A stretch of 64,000 nt of DNA from Nanobdellota archaeon (GTDB lineage Archaea; Nanobdellota; Nanobdellia; Tiddalikarchaeales; Tiddalikarchaeaceae). The stretch lies in contig JAFGFH010000008.1 in assembly GCA_016931175.1 (NCBI GenBank), forward strand, positions 18,477-82,476, given 5' to 3'. Under the pieces are notes generated by a model. The model saw only the letters and a program-made list of their open reading frames with translations, was not told the DNA's origin and ran no database searches. The position numbers and the translations under genes are program-made. Of the stretch, positions 28,304 through 38,140 are shown piece by piece; the first letter of the stretch is position 1, and every line of letters begins with the position of its first letter.

Positions 28304-28427
28304 TTCGCGATTTCTAATTTTATTAATGATTCCGCGTATTTATATACTTGTATGTCTCTCTAAACTATATATCGTAAAATATCTTTTTGGAAAATCTTTT
28401 TATAAACCCTAAAAATAATTTAATTCT

Positions 28428-30110
28428 ATGAAATCTGAAACAATCAGGAAGCATGTTTTAAAAAATGCTGTACTGCACGATGGAAAGTCTCAGGCAGACG
28501 CTATTATACCTAAACTATTAGGAGAAGACCCGAAGCTTAAATCAAAGATTAAGAGTTTAATGCCTGAGATTGAAAAGATAGTTAAAGATGTTAACAAGAT
28601 GAAATTGGAAGCGCAGAAGAAGGAGCTGCTTAAACTAGACAAGCACGCTTTGGACAAGAAAGAGGAGAGAAATGATTTGCCTCCAATAAAAGACATAAAA
28701 GAAGGGGAGTGCAGTTTCAGACTGCCTCCAGGACCTGAGAAGCAATTGCACGTAGGCCACGCCTTAACATACTTATTGAATAATTACTACGCGAAGAGGT
28801 ATAAAGGCAAACTAATACTTCGCTTTGAAGACACTAATCCTGAGACTTGCAGGCAGGAGTTCGTTGACGGCAACAAGGAAGACTTGAAAGCCTTAGGAAT
28901 CACGTGGGACAAGGAATACTTCCTCAGCGACAACATGAGTGAGTATTACAAGTTATGCGATAAGATGATGAAGAACGGAGACGTTTACTCCTGCAACTGC
29001 AATAGTGAGAAGATGCAGGAGGACAGGAAGAAGAGAAAGAGGTGCAAGTGCGCTGACAAGACAGTAACTGAGAATCTTAGGGATTGGAACAAGATGAAAT
29101 ACGGCACTTACAAAGAAGGGGAATGCGTTATAAGATTAAAAGGGGACATGAAGAATAAGAACAGCGTAATGTGGGACCCTGTCATGTTCAGAGTTAACAA
29201 GACCAAGCATTACAGGCAGGGCAGTAAGTATAGTGCTTGGCCCATGTATGATTTTACAGTAGCATTTGAGGATGCTAAGATTACACACGTGTTAAGGGAT
29301 GCTAACTGGACTCAAAGAGTTGAACTTCAGGATTATATAAGAGAAAAATTAAGCATTAAAAAGCACCCGGTTAATGTGTTATACTCCAGGTACCAGATAG
29401 AGGGAGGAGTAACGCAGGGAAGAGTAATACGCGAACTCGTTAATACAGGCGTTGTAACTGGTTACGATGATTTAAGGCTTGCAACGGTTAAGGCATTGCT
29501 CAGGAGAGGAATACTGCCTGAGGCAATGATGGAGTTATTGAAAGAGGTGGGCATTACAAAATCGAAGACTACAATAGCTTTAGAGAAACTCTATACTATA
29601 AACAGGAGATTACTGGACAAGAGAGTGAACCATTACTTCTTCGTTGAGGAGCCTGTATTATTAGTGGTGAATAATCCTCCAGTGGAATTAAGCTTTAATG
29701 TTCCAATGAATCCTTACACTGATAAGACTAGGACGATAAAAACGAACGGCTTGTTCTACATCAACAAATCAGATGCTAAGAAAGGGCTTATAAGGTTAAA
29801 ACACGCTTATAATGTTGAGATAAAAAAGGTAGAAGATAAGACAATAACAGGAGAATATGTTAAAGAAGCGTCTATCAAGAATGTTCCAATAATACAATGG
29901 GTTCCTGAGAAAGAATTCTTAGAGATTAAAATAATAGAAGCCCTGCCATTGTTTAACAAGAAGGAAGAGGTTCAGAAGGACTCATTAATAACTCATAAAG
30001 GTTATGCTGAGAAAACCGTTGATTTTCTTCCAATAGGCACTCAAGTGCAGTTTGAGAGGTTCGCTTTCTGCAGGAAAGAAGCAGACCAGTGGGTGTTAAC
30101 GCATAAGTGA
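28428..30110 (+). CDS. gltX: Glutamate--tRNA ligase, archaeal type (likely non-discriminating)
   Basis: HIGH motif PGPEKQLHVGHA, archaeal-type N-terminal helical extension, Cys-rich insertion (CNCNS...CKC). Immediately upstream of gatD-gatE. Confidence 0.85.
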   Translation: MKSETIRKHVLKNAVLHDGKSQADAIIPKLLGEDPKLKSKIKSLMPEIEKIVKDVNKMKLEAQKKELLKLDKHALDKKEERNDLPPIKDIKEGECSFRLPPGPEKQLHVGHALTYLLNNYYAKRYKGKLILRFEDTNPETCRQEFVDGNKEDLKALGITWDKEYFLSDNMSEYYKLCDKMMKNGDVYSCNCNSEKMQEDRKKRKRCKCADKTVTENLRDWNKMKYGTYKEGECVIRLKGDMKNKNSVMWDPVMFRVNKTKHYRQGSKYSAWPMYDFTVAFEDAKITHVLRDANWTQRVELQDYIREKLSIKKHPVNVLYSRYQIEGGVTQGRVIRELVNTGVVTGYDDLRLATVKALLRRGILPEAMMELLKEVGITKSKTTIALEKLYTINRRLLDKRVNHYFFVEEPVLLVVNNPPVELSFNVPMNPYTDKTRTIKTNGLFYINKSDAKKGLIRLKHAYNVEIKKVEDKTITGEYVKEASIKNVPIIQWVPEKEFLEIKIIEALPLFNKKEEVQKDSLITHKGYAEKTVDFLPIGTQVQFERFAFCRKEADQWVLTHK

Positions 30111-30151
30111 GAAAAACAATTAAAAACCCTTAACATATTGATTTCTTTATC

Positions 30152-31477
30152 ATGTATTCCAGTAAAGTTCTTTCAAAATTAAAGAAGAATAAGATAAGTA
30201 TAGGGAGCTTGATAGAAGTAAGCACTCATGACGAAAGCTTTACAGGATTATTAATCAACAGGCCGGATTATTTACTGGATGATAATTTAATCATAAAATT
30301 AGACAACGGTTACAATATTGGAGTAAGCTTTTCAAAGATTAAATCCTTAAAATTGTTAAAAAAACCAGAGAAGGAGTTGAAAAAGAAGGACAAGAAGCAG
30401 ACAGTTAAGAAGGATTTTATAAGCATACTTCACACTGGTGGAACGATTGCAAGCAAAGTTGATTACAGGACAGGAGGAGTAGTGTCCCGTTTCGACCCTG
30501 AAGAGTTAATAAAGATGTTTCCAGGGCTTGAAGATTACGGGCCAATCCACAGCGTTTTCATGGGAAACATGTTCAGTGATGACATGCGTTTTGCCCACTA
30601 TGCTAAGATGGCAGATTATGTCAAGAAAGAAGTAAGTCTTGGAAGCAAAGGCGTTATAATCACTCACGGCACTGACACTATGGGTTACAGCGCTGCAGCT
30701 TTAAGCTTCATCTTTGACAACCTTCCAATACCAGTAATACTAGTAGGTGCTCAGAGAAGCAGTGACAGGGGCAGCAGTGATGCTGAGATGAACATATTAT
30801 GCGCTGCCAAGTTTATAAGAAAATCAGATTTCAGGGGAGTAGCTGTCTGCATGCATGAGACGAGCAGTGATGATACCTGCGTAATATTAAGAGGTGTTAA
30901 TGTTAGAAAAATGCACTCCAGCAGGAGGGATGCTTTCAAGACAATTAATGACGAAGTTATTGCAAGGGTTGAATACCAGGACGATGATATTACTTTTTTA
31001 TCCGAGCATGAGAAGAGAACAGATAGTTTAAAAGATTTCATTGTCAAGCCGTTGATGGAGAACAAGGTTGCGTTGTTAAAAGTGCACACTAATATGATGA
31101 GCGAGCAGATAGCATTTTACCGCGAGAAGAATTATAAGGGATTAGTGATAGAAGGAACAGGGCTCGGCCACTTGCCTATAAGCGAGATTGACGCTCCAAC
31201 CAAAGAGCATACTAGGATAAGGAATGAGGTTAAGAAACTAGTTGATTCAGGATGCGCTGTTGTAATGTGCTCCCAGACTATTAACGGCAGGGTTAACATG
31301 AACGTTTACAGTCCGGGCAGGGACTTGTTAAACATGGGAGTATTACCAGGAGAAGACATGCTTTCAGAGACTGCATTTGTTAAACTGGCATGGTTACTGG
31401 CTAATGAGAAGAAAAATGTTCGCGAATTAATTAAAACAAATCTCAGGGGAGAGATAAAGAAGAGGTTAATAAGATGA
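30152..31477 (+). CDS. gatD: Glutamyl-tRNA(Gln) amidotransferase subunit D
   Basis: Asparaginase-like domain with ILHTGGTIAS and HGTDTM motifs. 441 aa. 4-nt overlap with gatE. Confidence 0.85.
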   Translation: MYSSKVLSKLKKNKISIGSLIEVSTHDESFTGLLINRPDYLLDDNLIIKLDNGYNIGVSFSKIKSLKLLKKPEKELKKKDKKQTVKKDFISILHTGGTIASKVDYRTGGVVSRFDPEELIKMFPGLEDYGPIHSVFMGNMFSDDMRFAHYAKMADYVKKEVSLGSKGVIITHGTDTMGYSAAALSFIFDNLPIPVILVGAQRSSDRGSSDAEMNILCAAKFIRKSDFRGVAVCMHETSSDDTCVILRGVNVRKMHSSRRDAFKTINDEVIARVEYQDDDITFLSEHEKRTDSLKDFIVKPLMENKVALLKVHTNMMSEQIAFYREKNYKGLVIEGTGLGHLPISEIDAPTKEHTRIRNEVKKLVDSGCAVVMCSQTINGRVNMNVYSPGRDLLNMGVLPGEDMLSETAFVKLAWLLANEKKNVRELIKTNLRGEIKKRLIR

Positions 31478-33267
31478 AGGCAGGACTCGAACTGCACATG
31501 CAGGTTAATACTGGAAAACTCTTCTGCAGGTGCCCGAATATTATAGTAAAGGATGAAACCCCTGATTACGTTATTAAGAGAAAACTCCACGCTGTAGCTG
31601 GAGAGACAGGAGATTATGACATAGCAGCAGTTAAAGAACAGGAGAAGAACAAAATAATCAAGTATAATTGTTTTAATGACAACGTCTGCCTGGTTGATAT
31701 TGACGAGGAGCCTCCCAGGGAGATTGACATGAATGCCTTCAAAGCAGCTCTTGAAATCGCACTGCTTTTGAACATGAAACCAGTTGAAGAGTTTCACGTT
31801 ATGAGGAAATTAATAATTGACGGAAGCGCTGTAAGCGGTTTTCAAAGAACAGGATTATTAGCAACAAATGGTTATATTGAAACTAGCGAGGGCAGGGTTA
31901 GAATCGCAACATTGTGCCTGGAAGAGGACAGCGCCAAGAGAATAGATGATAACACATTCTCCCTTGACAGGCTTGGCATACCTCTTATAGAGATAGCTAC
32001 AGAGCCTGACATTATCAGCCCTTTGCATGCGAGGGAGGTTGCTGAAAAGATAGGTTCTATCTGCAAATTCACAGGAAGATTAATGAGAGGAATTGGAACA
32101 ATCAGGCAGGACGTTAACGTTTCAATACCTGGAGGGGACAGGGTTGAGATTAAAGGAGTTCAGGACTTGAGACTCATGCCTAAGTTTGTTGAATTAGAGG
32201 TTCAGAGGCAGGAAAACCTGTTAAGGCTCAAGGACGAGTTAAAGAAGAGGAAGTTCTTAATTAATTCACCCACGGATTTGTCTAATATTTTCAAGGATTC
32301 CAAGTGCGGTTTCTTGAAAGGCTCAGAGGTTCACGGCTTTAAACTAAGTGATGCTAAAGGATTAATGGGTTTAAGATTGCAGGAAGGAAAGAGTTTCGGG
32401 AAAGACGTTGCAGAACACGTTAAGGAATCTACAGGCATTAAAGGATTATTGCACATTGATGAACTGCCTAATTATGGTGTAAGCGTTGAAGAGGTTCAAA
32501 AGGTAATATCCTCTCTTAAATGCGGATTGAATGATAATTTCATCTTAGTATCGTGTTCTAAGAATATTATCAAGAAGGTTCATGAGGTCGTCAGCGAGAG
32601 GTTCAAACAGGCATTGAAAGGAGTTGCGCGTGAAGTAAGGGCTCCAAACCACGTTGACGGAACCACTAGTTATATGAGGCCTCTTCCTGGAGGCAAGAGA
32701 ATGTACCCTGAAACAGACGTTAATGTAATAAAGGTTAAGATTGAAATGATTAGTGAAATTATTGATAACTTAAGCAAGACTCCAGAGCAAATGTATACTT
32801 GGCTTAAGAGCACTGGATTGAATGACGAGTTAGCGAACCAGTTGCTTCACAGCACAAAGTACGAATTGTATGAGAAGATAACTGATGCAACAAATTATGA
32901 CAACAGGATTACTGCATCATTAATACTTTCCAATCCTGTTGAGAGATTAAGTGATAAGTTATTAATTAAACTGTTTAAAATGTTAGAGCTTAACCAGTTA
33001 TGCAAGGAGTCCTTGCCTGAAATAATTGAAGATTTATTGAGAAAACATAGTTTTGAAAAAACTGTCAAGAAGTTCAAGCAATTATCAACCAAGGAAATTA
33101 CAGCGAAGGTTAAAAAGGCAGTAGTTAAGAATAAGAAGATATTAAAGCATCCCAGCGCCTTTGGTGTAATAATGAAGGATTTATTGAAAAGTTTAAAAGG
33201 CAAGGCTGACGCGGGAGTAATAAGCAAAGTATTAAGACAAGAGTTGAGCAAGTATGATAAGCTTTAA
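31474..33267 (+). CDS. gatE: Glutamyl-tRNA(Gln) amidotransferase subunit E
   Basis: N-terminal MKAGLELH.Q....KLFC.C GatB/E-type start. 597 aa, typical of GatE. Confidence 0.85.
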   Translation: MKAGLELHMQVNTGKLFCRCPNIIVKDETPDYVIKRKLHAVAGETGDYDIAAVKEQEKNKIIKYNCFNDNVCLVDIDEEPPREIDMNAFKAALEIALLLNMKPVEEFHVMRKLIIDGSAVSGFQRTGLLATNGYIETSEGRVRIATLCLEEDSAKRIDDNTFSLDRLGIPLIEIATEPDIISPLHAREVAEKIGSICKFTGRLMRGIGTIRQDVNVSIPGGDRVEIKGVQDLRLMPKFVELEVQRQENLLRLKDELKKRKFLINSPTDLSNIFKDSKCGFLKGSEVHGFKLSDAKGLMGLRLQEGKSFGKDVAEHVKESTGIKGLLHIDELPNYGVSVEEVQKVISSLKCGLNDNFILVSCSKNIIKKVHEVVSERFKQALKGVAREVRAPNHVDGTTSYMRPLPGGKRMYPETDVNVIKVKIEMISEIIDNLSKTPEQMYTWLKSTGLNDELANQLLHSTKYELYEKITDATNYDNRITASLILSNPVERLSDKLLIKLFKMLELNQLCKESLPEIIEDLLRKHSFEKTVKKFKQLSTKEITAKVKKAVVKNKKILKHPSAFGVIMKDLLKSLKGKADAGVISKVLRQELSKYDKL

Positions 33268-33730
33268 CAGTGAAGGAATAAAACTTGAAGGAGACATTGG
33301 GTTAAAGGGAATTAAAATATTATGGGATTTATTATCAGTTGTTGGAAGCAGGTTCGTTATTGTTTCAGAGTTTAACGATGATGAATCTGAGATTAATTAC
33401 AAAGGCAAGTATGAAGTTATTAAAAATAAGAAGTCTGAAGTATTAATATTATTAATCTCGTCCCAGGATGAACTAACCTATGCTTTAGAAGTATTGAGCG
33501 ATTTGTGCATAACTGATTTTTACATAACAGTAAACTCCTCATTTGATAATATTAAAGACAAGATTAACTCGAATACTATGTTCTCAGATGATGGTTTTTT
33601 AATAGAAGAGTACTTGATTGAGTTCCCTAGAAGCATACACGTGGAAGAGGACAATATCTTCATTGGTTTTAAAATGTTCAAGGAGTACATTTACCAATTG
33701 CAAAGGGTTGCTCAAAGGTACATGAAATGA
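33254..33730 (+). CDS. Hypothetical protein (158 aa), translationally coupled to gatE
   Basis: ORF overlapping the gatE stop by 14 nt. No motif. Confidence 0.35.
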   Translation: MISFNSEGIKLEGDIGLKGIKILWDLLSVVGSRFVIVSEFNDDESEINYKGKYEVIKNKKSEVLILLISSQDELTYALEVLSDLCITDFYITVNSSFDNIKDKINSNTMFSDDGFLIEEYLIEFPRSIHVEEDNIFIGFKMFKEYIYQLQRVAQRYMK

Positions 33731-34320
33731 ACAAGAAACAATTAGCCATAATTCTTTCCAAACTAACAGATTATAAGATTAAAAAACCAAGCCTTGAACA
33801 ATACACTACGCCTTCAAATATTGCATCCAGCCTTTTATGGAACGCTTTCATGAACAAGGACGTAGAAGGAAGAATCGTTGCTGATGCCGGCTGCGGTAAC
33901 GGTGTATTAGGCATAGCTGCATTAATTCTCGGCGCTGAGAAGGTTTTCTTCATAGACGTTGATGAGAAAGCATTAGACGTGACTGAGGAGAACTGCAAGA
34001 CTCTTGGATTGAAGAATTACGAACTAGTGCAGTCAAACATTGTAGATGTGAGTATTAAATCAGATACTTTAGTAATGAACCCTCCTTTCGGAGTTCAAAC
34101 CAAAGGATTGGACTTATTATTCTTGAAACAGGGTGTTAAATTAGCAGACAATGTTTACTTAATTTACAAAGGCGACGGTTTGAAGATTATAAGGAAAGAA
34201 ATTCCTGATTATACAGTAAGTGTTATTGAAAAAACAGAATTAACTCTTAATCACCAATTCTCTTATCATAAGAAATTAAAGGAAAAGACTAATGTAATCC
34301 TCGCAAGAATTTTTAAATAA
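33727..34320 (+). CDS. METTL5-like N6-adenine RNA methyltransferase (NPPFG motif)
   Basis: SAM motif I VADAGCGNGVLG and catalytic NPPFG. About 200 aa, like archaeal METTL5 homologs. Confidence 0.6.
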   Translation: MNKKQLAIILSKLTDYKIKKPSLEQYTTPSNIASSLLWNAFMNKDVEGRIVADAGCGNGVLGIAALILGAEKVFFIDVDEKALDVTEENCKTLGLKNYELVQSNIVDVSIKSDTLVMNPPFGVQTKGLDLLFLKQGVKLADNVYLIYKGDGLKIIRKEIPDYTVSVIEKTELTLNHQFSYHKKLKEKTNVILARIFK

Positions 34321-34338
34321 AAGCTGTGAGATTATAAT

Positions 34339-35145
34339 ATGAAGAAGCTTGCTATTGTTCTGAGCAGCGGAGGCGCGCGCTCATTCTTTCACTTAGGCTT
34401 CCTTAAAGTATTGCAAGATGAAGGAGTTAATATTGATTTAATAGTTGGGTGCAGCGGAGGCGCGTTAATCGGCAGCTTGTTCGCGAATAATGTTAGCATT
34501 GAAGATATAAAGAAAGAGTTTTACAAGATAAGCAGCAGAGTCAGCTGGTTCAAGCCGAGGATTGGCAAAGGCTTCTTCTCACAGGAGCCTATAATTAACA
34601 TCTTCAAGATGTTAAAGTCAGACGTTAGTTTTAAGGATTTAAAGATTCCATTAATCATTGTAGCATCTAATATAAGCAAGGGTTTTGCAGAATCATTCAG
34701 CAAGGGAAGGATTATTCCCGCTGTTTGTGCCAGCACTGCAATACCCGGACTTTACTCGCCTGTTAAGATAAAAAATTCTTACTACTTTGACGGGGGATTA
34801 TTTAATTACACCCCCTCAGATATTGCCAGGAAGAATATTGGCAGAAACAATGTTGTAGTCTCAGTTGACTTGTCTTACAAGTCTGCCAAGAATAATATTG
34901 AACACATGAACGTTGTTGACGTCTTAAGAATCTGCGCCTTAACGGTTTACAAAAAATGCACTTTCAAGATTAAGGATTATTCTAATCTTTTAATAACTCC
35001 TTTCAACGGTTCAGATTATAATTTTAAGGATATTAAAACTACTGTTGGTTTCTATTCCAAGAAGAGTCTTGAAAAATATTATAAAATGGGGGAAAAAGCT
35101 GCAAGAAAGAATCTTAATAAGATAATGAAACTGCTTAAAGAATAG
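34339..35145 (+). CDS. Patatin-like phospholipase
   Basis: Oxyanion GGARS, nucleophile elbow GCSGG (GxSxG) and a DGG catalytic Asp motif. Confidence 0.75.
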   Translation: MKKLAIVLSSGGARSFFHLGFLKVLQDEGVNIDLIVGCSGGALIGSLFANNVSIEDIKKEFYKISSRVSWFKPRIGKGFFSQEPIINIFKMLKSDVSFKDLKIPLIIVASNISKGFAESFSKGRIIPAVCASTAIPGLYSPVKIKNSYYFDGGLFNYTPSDIARKNIGRNNVVVSVDLSYKSAKNNIEHMNVVDVLRICALTVYKKCTFKIKDYSNLLITPFNGSDYNFKDIKTTVGFYSKKSLEKYYKMGEKAARKNLNKIMKLLKE

Positions 35146-35183
35146 ATAATTTTATAAAATAGATATTTTTTCCCTTATAAGTA

Positions 35184-35930
35184 ATGGACGAATCATTCGC
35201 AACCTATTTTATGAAGAATAATAAGACCTTGCTTGAAGGAGTTACTGAGTTCAATTATAATTCAACCAAGGAGGGAACATATAATTTGTCAATAACTTCA
35301 AATTTTAATCCAAAAACTGCAACAAGTTCTTTCGAATTGATTTACACAGCTAATCTTAACGGTGTTGGAGGAGTTTATAGAAAAATAATACTATACCTTG
35401 ATGAAGGCAGGTCTGTAATTACTTACTCCAGCAGTGTTGAGCAGGAAGATGTTAAGGAAGAAGACGGCATGGTTATGGGTTTTAAGAAGCTTTCAACTCT
35501 TGACCGCTCTTTTCTTGATTTTCTTATTTATAATTCGCTTGAAGCTTTTGGCTGCAAAGGCAAGAGTAACGTGAACGTTTCAGATAAAGAATTGCTTAAG
35601 AAATCACTGAAACCGTCTCTTGTGAACAAGTCTTATCTTGAAGCATACTTCACCCTCTTTAAGAGATTTAATGAATATGATATGGATAAGGGATTAAAAG
35701 TTTTAGAATCTGATAATAATAAACCCTTTCTTGACGCGTTAGAAAGAGTTTTGAAGGTTTACGAACCTAAAGATGATGTTTTTCAAGGCATTAAATTATG
35801 GGAATACGCTGAATGCGTTGTAAGCAACTTGTTTCACGCGCAATCAAAGAACGAATACCATGACATGATAATGACACTTATAAGGGATTTTAAGATCAGA
35901 AAATCAATCAATTCACTGCCCGTTAAGTAA
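35184..35930 (+). CDS. Hypothetical protein (248 aa)
   Basis: ORF only. Confidence 0.35.
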   Translation: MDESFATYFMKNNKTLLEGVTEFNYNSTKEGTYNLSITSNFNPKTATSSFELIYTANLNGVGGVYRKIILYLDEGRSVITYSSSVEQEDVKEEDGMVMGFKKLSTLDRSFLDFLIYNSLEAFGCKGKSNVNVSDKELLKKSLKPSLVNKSYLEAYFTLFKRFNEYDMDKGLKVLESDNNKPFLDALERVLKVYEPKDDVFQGIKLWEYAECVVSNLFHAQSKNEYHDMIMTLIRDFKIRKSINSLPVK

Positions 35931-35955
35931 TTTATTTAACCTAAAAGATTATTAC

Positions 35956-36861
35956 TTGTTATTAATGAATAAGTGCTATTTCCTACTCTTGATTATATTA
36001 TTATCCGGATGTTCTAGTTTGTCCGTGCCTCACGAGGAAGAGTGGGGTGTTTACAGCCTTAATCTTGACAATAAAAAGACTGATTTGTTATACTCAAGCA
36101 GTGAAGGTTTAAGTATTTTAAATGTTAAAGATTGCATGCTCGCTTTTGAGAAGGGCGAAGAGATTTACACTTATAATCTCAGTTCTAAGAGATTAAGTAA
36201 ATTAACAAGTAATAATTACTTGGATACTTATCCCTTATTTTCTCCTGAAGGTTCAAGGATTCTTTACTTATCCTTCAATGAAACATTAGATGTTCGCGTT
36301 ATGAACCTTAACGGTTCAGATGATAGACTTTTTTACGATTCTGGTTTCCACGACGCTGACATATCATGGGTTGGTGACAAGATAGTTTTCACGCGCAACA
36401 GTCAGGTTTGGATTATGAATAGTGATGCCAGCAATCCTCACCAGTTAAGTAATTATTCTTACGCAGGATTATGGGGTAATGCTAATCTTCCATTTGGTGA
36501 TTACGATCCCAGGCTTAATAGTAACGCTTCACTCGTAGTTTTCGAGCGCTTATACAATGATTCCTCGCCTAATGGCAATTATGATATATTCTTAATCAAC
36601 ACTTTTACTGGTGAAGAGGTTCGTTTAACAAGTACGGGTTACAGTCAAGGGCTTGCTTCATGGTCTCCTGACAATAATAGATTAGTTTACTTGCTGGCAG
36701 CTATTAATGATACCGGCGTGTTTGATATCTACTTAATGAACAGTGACGGTTCAAACAATCATAATATTACTCCGGATTATTATCCTGACAACTTCTTATG
36801 TTTCAGCCCAGTCTTTGCAGAGGATAATTTAATATACTTCATAGGGCAGTGGTGGGAGTAA
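35956..36861 (+). CDS. Lipoprotein-type signal peptide, PD40/TolB-like beta-propeller repeat protein
   Basis: LLSGCSS lipobox-like N-terminus. Repeated PD40-like units (SP.G..I.Y... , SWSPD..RLVY). Confidence 0.5.
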   Translation: MLLMNKCYFLLLIILLSGCSSLSVPHEEEWGVYSLNLDNKKTDLLYSSSEGLSILNVKDCMLAFEKGEEIYTYNLSSKRLSKLTSNNYLDTYPLFSPEGSRILYLSFNETLDVRVMNLNGSDDRLFYDSGFHDADISWVGDKIVFTRNSQVWIMNSDASNPHQLSNYSYAGLWGNANLPFGDYDPRLNSNASLVVFERLYNDSSPNGNYDIFLINTFTGEEVRLTSTGYSQGLASWSPDNNRLVYLLAAINDTGVFDIYLMNSDGSNNHNITPDYYPDNFLCFSPVFAEDNLIYFIGQWWE

Positions 36862-37018
36862 TTAAACACTCTCACTCTTGTCGAATAATACTGAGCCAGG
36901 TGTTAAGAAAGCGAATTCAAATATTGCTAATATTATATTGTTGGGATAAAAAGTTTTTCCTGTTATTGTTACTTGTCAGGGTTGCACAAGGCTTATATTT
37001 TTAGAATGATACTATTGC

Positions 37019-37981
37019 ATGATTAAGTTTATGAGTTTGGAAGATATTCTTAAAAAAAATTCTTACTTCACTACGCAGGAATTAACTGATTTAAGTAATG
37101 TAATGGATTCTATTGATGATAATATTAAATCTAATTCTTATGTTAAGAATTATAATGAGTTGAATAAACTGGTTTCATTATTATTCGCTGCTTATTACAA
37201 GTCTTGCATGCGCGTTTGCAGCGTTCATAACGACCCTTACTATGAGAATGGGGATGTTGTGCTTCAGGAAAAGCTTAGGATTAGTTTTGACAAGTTAATG
37301 AAATCTTATGATTTTGAGGTTAAGGAGTTAAGCCAGAAAGCTTACATGAAAGCTCTTCAGTCTGTTAATCCTTGGAAACTTGCATTCTTTAAACAATTGG
37401 CTCGTGTTGACATCTTGCCTGTTAAGGGTGTTGATGAATTGGTTCAGAAGGGTTGGCAGAAGCTTATTCTTAATGGTTTATATACTGATTGGGATTATGA
37501 TATGAGGAGTGCTTACGCTTCTGCTACGCATTCAAGTCCTAGTGATGACGTTTTAAGTTTTGTTTGGAAGGATGCGATTAGGAGCGGGAGTGGGGGAGAG
37601 TTAAAGGCTTTGAAGTATTTCTTTTACTCATATAATCCTGTTATTCTTGAAGAGGACGTGCAATATGGTTTAGTGAACGCTGTTTCTAAAGGTGCAATGA
37701 AGGATGTTCGTGACCTTTTAGCTTTTACTAATTTTAGTCCTAAAATTACTAGTGAACTCAAGCAAGCAGTAGAGACGGGTTACAGTGTCTTGTTTAATAA
37801 GGGTTTATGCCCAGGCGACCCTGAGGATTACTTGTACATGATGAGAAAGTTTACTGGCCTAATGCCTAGTCAGGAATTGGTTAAGAAGGCAAAAAAGACT
37901 TACTTGTCAAGGCAGTGGAGCAAGAAGGGCGGAAAAGCTTACGCAAAAATCTTGGACAAATTCTTACTACTTAGTGGATGA
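37019..37981 (+). CDS. Hypothetical protein (320 aa)
   Basis: ORF only. TATA-like GCTTATATTTTTAG about 25 nt upstream. Confidence 0.35.
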   Translation: MIKFMSLEDILKKNSYFTTQELTDLSNVMDSIDDNIKSNSYVKNYNELNKLVSLLFAAYYKSCMRVCSVHNDPYYENGDVVLQEKLRISFDKLMKSYDFEVKELSQKAYMKALQSVNPWKLAFFKQLARVDILPVKGVDELVQKGWQKLILNGLYTDWDYDMRSAYASATHSSPSDDVLSFVWKDAIRSGSGGELKALKYFFYSYNPVILEEDVQYGLVNAVSKGAMKDVRDLLAFTNFSPKITSELKQAVETGYSVLFNKGLCPGDPEDYLYMMRKFTGLMPSQELVKKAKKTYLSRQWSKKGGKAYAKILDKFLLLSG

Positions 37982-37996
37982 AGAAAATAAAAAAAT

Positions 37997-38071
37997 TGCC
38001 CTCGCCGGGATTTGAACCCGGGCTTTCGGCTTGAGAGGCCGAAGTCCTTGACCGAGCTAGACTACAAGGGC
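37997..38071 (-). tRNA. tRNA-Glu (anticodon CUC)
   Basis: Minus-strand sequence GCCCTTG TA GTCT ... TCGGC CUCUCAA GCCGA AAGC CCGGG TTCAAAT CCCGG CGAGGGC A. Cloverleaf with a 7-bp acceptor stem (one G-U). No encoded CCA. Confidence 0.8.
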
Positions 38072-38140
38072 GCTACTATTTATTTGGGAGTTTTTGTTTT
38101 TTAAAACTTTTTAAAATCTTAGATACTATTCTTTAGAATA

